From assembly GCF_964204645.1 (NCBI RefSeq), contig NC_134032.1:9350275-9414274 (forward strand): 64,000 nucleotides of DNA, in the 5' to 3' direction. The DNA is from Tubulanus polymorphus. Lineage: Eukaryota > Animalia > Nemertea. Positions within the stretch are counted from its first letter, which is position 1; each line of letters begins with the position of its first letter. The notes under the pieces are model-generated. The model searched no databases, was not told where the DNA came from, and saw nothing but the letters and a program-made list of their open reading frames with translations. Made by a program: the position numbers and the translations under genes. Shown piece after piece: positions 60,001-64,000 of the stretch.

Positions 60001-61592
60001 AAACGCTAGCTCATAAAATTTGTTTTGAAGTAGTACGAGAAACTGGGAATATCTCACTTATTTCCAATGCCATATAGACATATAAGGTATCATTCGATTC
60101 GTTTTTAGATATGTTTTAATACTATTGGGTATTTGGATGACTGAACTGTCTATTCTACCTTAAATTCTTCCAAAACTTTGAGATTTCGGAGGCCCAAAAC
60201 CGGCAAAATGAGAAAATTACTTCCTGGTTTTCAGCGCCGCCCTGGGAAATTAATATGGCGAAAGTTGAGAAAACTGGAACATAGCTAAACGTTCGGTAGC
60301 AACTAGTTGTCTCCAATCGCAGTGTCGATGTGCGCTAGGCTTAAAACTCTTTCCATGCGAACTTCCTGAAAATCAGATCCTGAGCCGGTGCGAACTTTAT
60401 TTCAAAAAAAAAATTTTCAAAAAATATTGGGTTCTCATACTTCTAGACGGTTTAATACGCTTCCCTACACTCAAATATGATGATTCAGCTTGTTTCTGAT
60501 GATCTAGCAATTCTGGGGTTGTTAGGGGCCCCAAAATGTAAAAAAAAATTTTTGACCTACTTTCGGGTCATTCGGGTACCCCTAGGGCCAACTGCAGCTT
60601 CATATTCTCTCTATATATCTCCATTATATCCACTGCGTCATGTATAGACACCGTATACCAGCCGCTGTGTCTATTTATAAAGCTTTCAATTTTGCCCTAC
60701 TGGGGTTGCCAGGACTACCAGGCATACATACAAGCCGTATAAGCTTTATACATTGCCATTTAGATAGTATGGGGATATATAGGTCACCCCACCGTGACGT
60801 GCGTCACACCCCGCAAAAATCAAGCGTTCTGGAGACTGTGTCGTCCGGTCACAGTTTGCATGGAAAGAGATTTATAACATTAGTCCGGGTGCCGTTCCGT
60901 ATTCATTCAACACGCGCGCTCAACCGCGAAGCTATTTTTAGCGCAACAATCAATTTAACCAATAGAGACGCGCTACGTCATAGCGTTCGACATGGTCGCA
61001 TTTGCTTTTACTCGTACCGTCGTGAAGGGATTAGTCAAGTGTCAACGTCTACGTTTGGAAACCGAGACAACTCCGGGCTTGTTTCTTAACCAGGTTGCTA
61101 AGAACATTAATTCTTGGGGGCCTGGTGGACGAATCAGGTACCGAGGTTGGTCGTCGGTCCTCCCCAAATGTGGTGGCGTTGGTCACGAGAATAGTTCATT
61201 GGAAACCAAATTTTGAAAGTATAAAAATAAGAGACATAGCTGAACTAGTCGGAGAGCACCCGGGAGAACAACGGGGAAGAACACACACTCAAGAAATTAG
61301 GGAACACAGATTTGTAAAAGGTGTCGATACGTAGGAAACACGAGTCTAATAGAATAGTTGTGAGTATCTAGATTTAGAAGTACCCCACATGAGTTGTTTA
61401 TTTATTTTTGGTCTCGGGTCAAAATTCAATTTGTGTCGTTGTGCGGAGCTGAGGAAGGATGCGCTCTCCCGCGATATTTCGGTTCCTTCTTCGGGTCGCA
61501 TATCAATACCTACGAGCAACATTATCTAACAGATAATTGCTCGTAGGATATACGGGTTGTCGCACCGATGAATTTTAGGTGGCTACGCCCTA
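57013..61592. mobile_element. Putative 4.6-kb decayed DNA transposon with nested insertions
   Basis: Left end CAGGGGCGTAGCCACCGGTGCGACAAC; right end GTTGTCGCACCG...GGTGGCTACGCCCTA; GTTA on both flanks. A second possible right end GCTACGCCCCTG-GTTA lies at 62438-62453. No intact transposase ORF. Confidence 0.5.
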
Positions 61593-62457
61593 GTTAGTTA
61601 CCTAATCGTTGGTGGTAAGCTTTTTATAATCGGATGGGCTTATACCAACGTTAGGGATGACAAGGACCAAAACACGGTTGAAAAAAGTAACACTTCAAAA
61701 ATATACTTTCTATCCACTTCAGTCCACAATTAATGGCTTAATTCACAAACTAACACAGGTACCTTTCGAAATAATCCAATTCTATGTATGTTTCGAGTGA
61801 TTAATCAACATTATTTTGAGAAATTAATTAATTTCCTTACAAATTTCGCCATTGGCCGCCATTTCTCTGTATTGCACATGTGGCATGATAAGACAAGGGG
61901 ACCTACAAGGATTTAGATAAAACTTTCAAGACGAAACGACAATTTTTATTTTTGATGGTTTTCCAACCTATATTTCAAATCTTCGTGTTTTCCATTATAA
62001 ATAATGAAATAATAAATTCTGATAAAAGAAAAATGTGAATAAGTGTTGATTTCTTAATATTTTTCAATTTCGTCGTTTCGCTTCGTTAGTTTGTGCTGTT
62101 GTCCTGGCCTCAGTCCACAGGTGCCAGCACCTCCAGTAATTTTCAAAATGGCAGCTGTTGACTCTACGGAAATTTACTCTCACTTTACGGTCGATTAGCA
62201 CATGGATTAAGATCGTCAGGTGAGGTGTTATAGGTATCAGACAAACTACGAATCTGTTGTGTGTCGATTACAACAAAAATTTGACGGATATCTTAAGAGA
62301 CAATGAAATGCCAGGCAAATTACTCGTCAGTCAAATTGGCTGACGAAGATTTCATACAAAAATGACCTTCCCATTCCTGACTGTGGTTTGTGAAAATATC
62401 CGATCGCGAAACTAAACCACAGACAGGTTACTGACTAGCTACGCCCCTGGTTAAGAC

Positions 62458-63308
62458 CGGGGGCGGATCCAGGGGGATGGGTAGACAGTATTGGAAGGAA
62501 ATTTAAGGACACCTTTCTGATCTTAGGGCACACCCAGTATCCAGGTCAATGCGAGCGCCGAAGGCGCTAAGTCCTTAGAGGGGGGTCTGGGGGCCCATCC
62601 CCAGAAAATTTTGAAAATATGGTACCATTTAAAGCCTTTTAGAGGGCGTCTAGAGGCTAGCAGAGCAATCCAGAATAAACGAATTCGAGACAAGATTTCA
62701 ACACATGCGGATAGAAAATGAAGCTGGTGAACCCATGAAAGAATGGTTGTCGTCAACTTCGCCTAGTGCCCCTATAATCTTTAAAAGTGCCCCTTAACAA
62801 TTATACAGAATACGGCTAAATGCCACTTCATTGTTAACAATCGGCAAAAATTGCCTCGTCTTCACATTTATCCTTATGTCGTGTGCCATCTTCCAAACCA
62901 AAAGTGCCCCTAAAATTTTAAAAATTAGGCAAAAAAGTGCCCTTTTCTTCAACATTTTCCGCGTATAGTGCCCTCTTCTAAAGTACGAGTGCCCCTTTAG
63001 CCCTCCCTGAAAAGGTAAGGAAGGACAAGGTGCCCTCATCTAAAGCATGAGTGCCCCTTGCAAAAGGAAAGTGCCCTTTTTAATTTATCATGATTTAAGG
63101 CTTTACAAATATGATTATCTCTCCTCACTTTCTCGGCAGCAGTATATACTAACCGATTGATTTTATAATTATGCCCGGATTACGGACACGGAATTAGCGG
63201 TTGCTGAAATAATGCCGTCAAAAATATTGCCGGTGAAATTTTGAAGGGCACTTAAAAATTCTAGACCGTATTGGGCAATACGGCTAATACGGTCTGGATC
63301 CGCCCCTG
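62458..63308. mobile_element. About 850-bp non-autonomous TIR element
   Basis: Termini C(G)GGGGCGGATCCAG / CTGGATCCGCCCCTG; flanks AAGAC/AAGAT; many internal GTGCCC subrepeats. Confidence 0.7.
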
Positions 63309-64000
63309 AAGATGCTGCGTTGTGTATCCTAAGTCGGTCAGTATCATAGTATTACTACAGAAGTATAGTACGGTACTTTACTGTTAGATGGCGAAAACAT
63401 CTTTTTAACCGAATTTTAGCCCCAGTTTAAAATGAATATTGTGACTCCCTCGGACCACCAATCTGTTTGAAACATGTAACTTGACGACGGGAACAACTGG
63501 CATTAAGCATCAGCAAAAGGACGTTTCAATACATGCATTAATTTCCCTAAAATGCGTCGCGGTAAATACCGTCCGTTCTGCTTTAAAGTATAGAAGAAAA
63601 TATTTTTCATTATTTCAACAGGGCTTTACGAGGTCCAACGGGGAGGGAGCGTTCGCAACCCGGACCCCGCATGCGTAGAAACTGTAAAATCTAATTTTTG
63701 CATCATTAAACGAATCGATCGCCGCAAGCATCCGCGAGGTACCGTTCAGACACAGTAGGGCAAGTGATTACAGATCAGACAAGCATTTATATACAATTAG
63801 TACGAAATTCGCCTAGATGAATCCTTCGTATCGATATACACGGATTAAGCTGTTTTGTATAGAACGTGGCAAAATCGGTTTCGAACGATAATTCAATTGA
63901 TATTCTTACGTTAAATTCGCTATTTCATCGCGTTTCGCATAAAATAAGTATAAATATAGATATACATAATTTGATGAATGCAATTTTCCATATACGTGCG

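Overview
Intron-rich, repeat-rich animal genomic DNA; gene families and repeat types suggest an invertebrate, probably lophotrochozoan (inference). I reconstructed all gene models by hand from splice sites and reading phase. (1) A CAMSAP/Patronin gene on the minus strand: 18 coding exons, 42799->5189, about 2003 aa, with CH, coiled-coil and CKK domains and a 3.7-kb exon. (2) An SDF2/SDF2L1-like MIR-domain ER protein, head-to-head with CAMSAP (43330-50732, 231 aa, ending RDEL). (3) A 7-exon type I membrane protein with an extracellular PLAT/LH2-like domain, an NPxY tail and a GC-AG intron (55114->~52787); it shows up only as fragments in the ORF track. Two genes are nested in CAMSAP introns: a frameshifted intronless FMRFamide-receptor-like GPCR, and an antisense secreted prepropeptide (25561-25989) predicted to release a Trp-rich cationic amphipathic peptide. 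The prepropeptide is the best novelty candidate (antimicrobial peptide or cytolysin), and it is bracketed by direct satellite repeats and CTCF-like motifs. Introns also carry four hammerhead-ribozyme-motif insertions (Penelope-like, three with clear target-site duplications), piggyBac-type MITEs, tRNA-derived SINEs, ~40-bp palindromes and several minisatellites. No CRISPR array, rRNA or true tRNA gene was seen.
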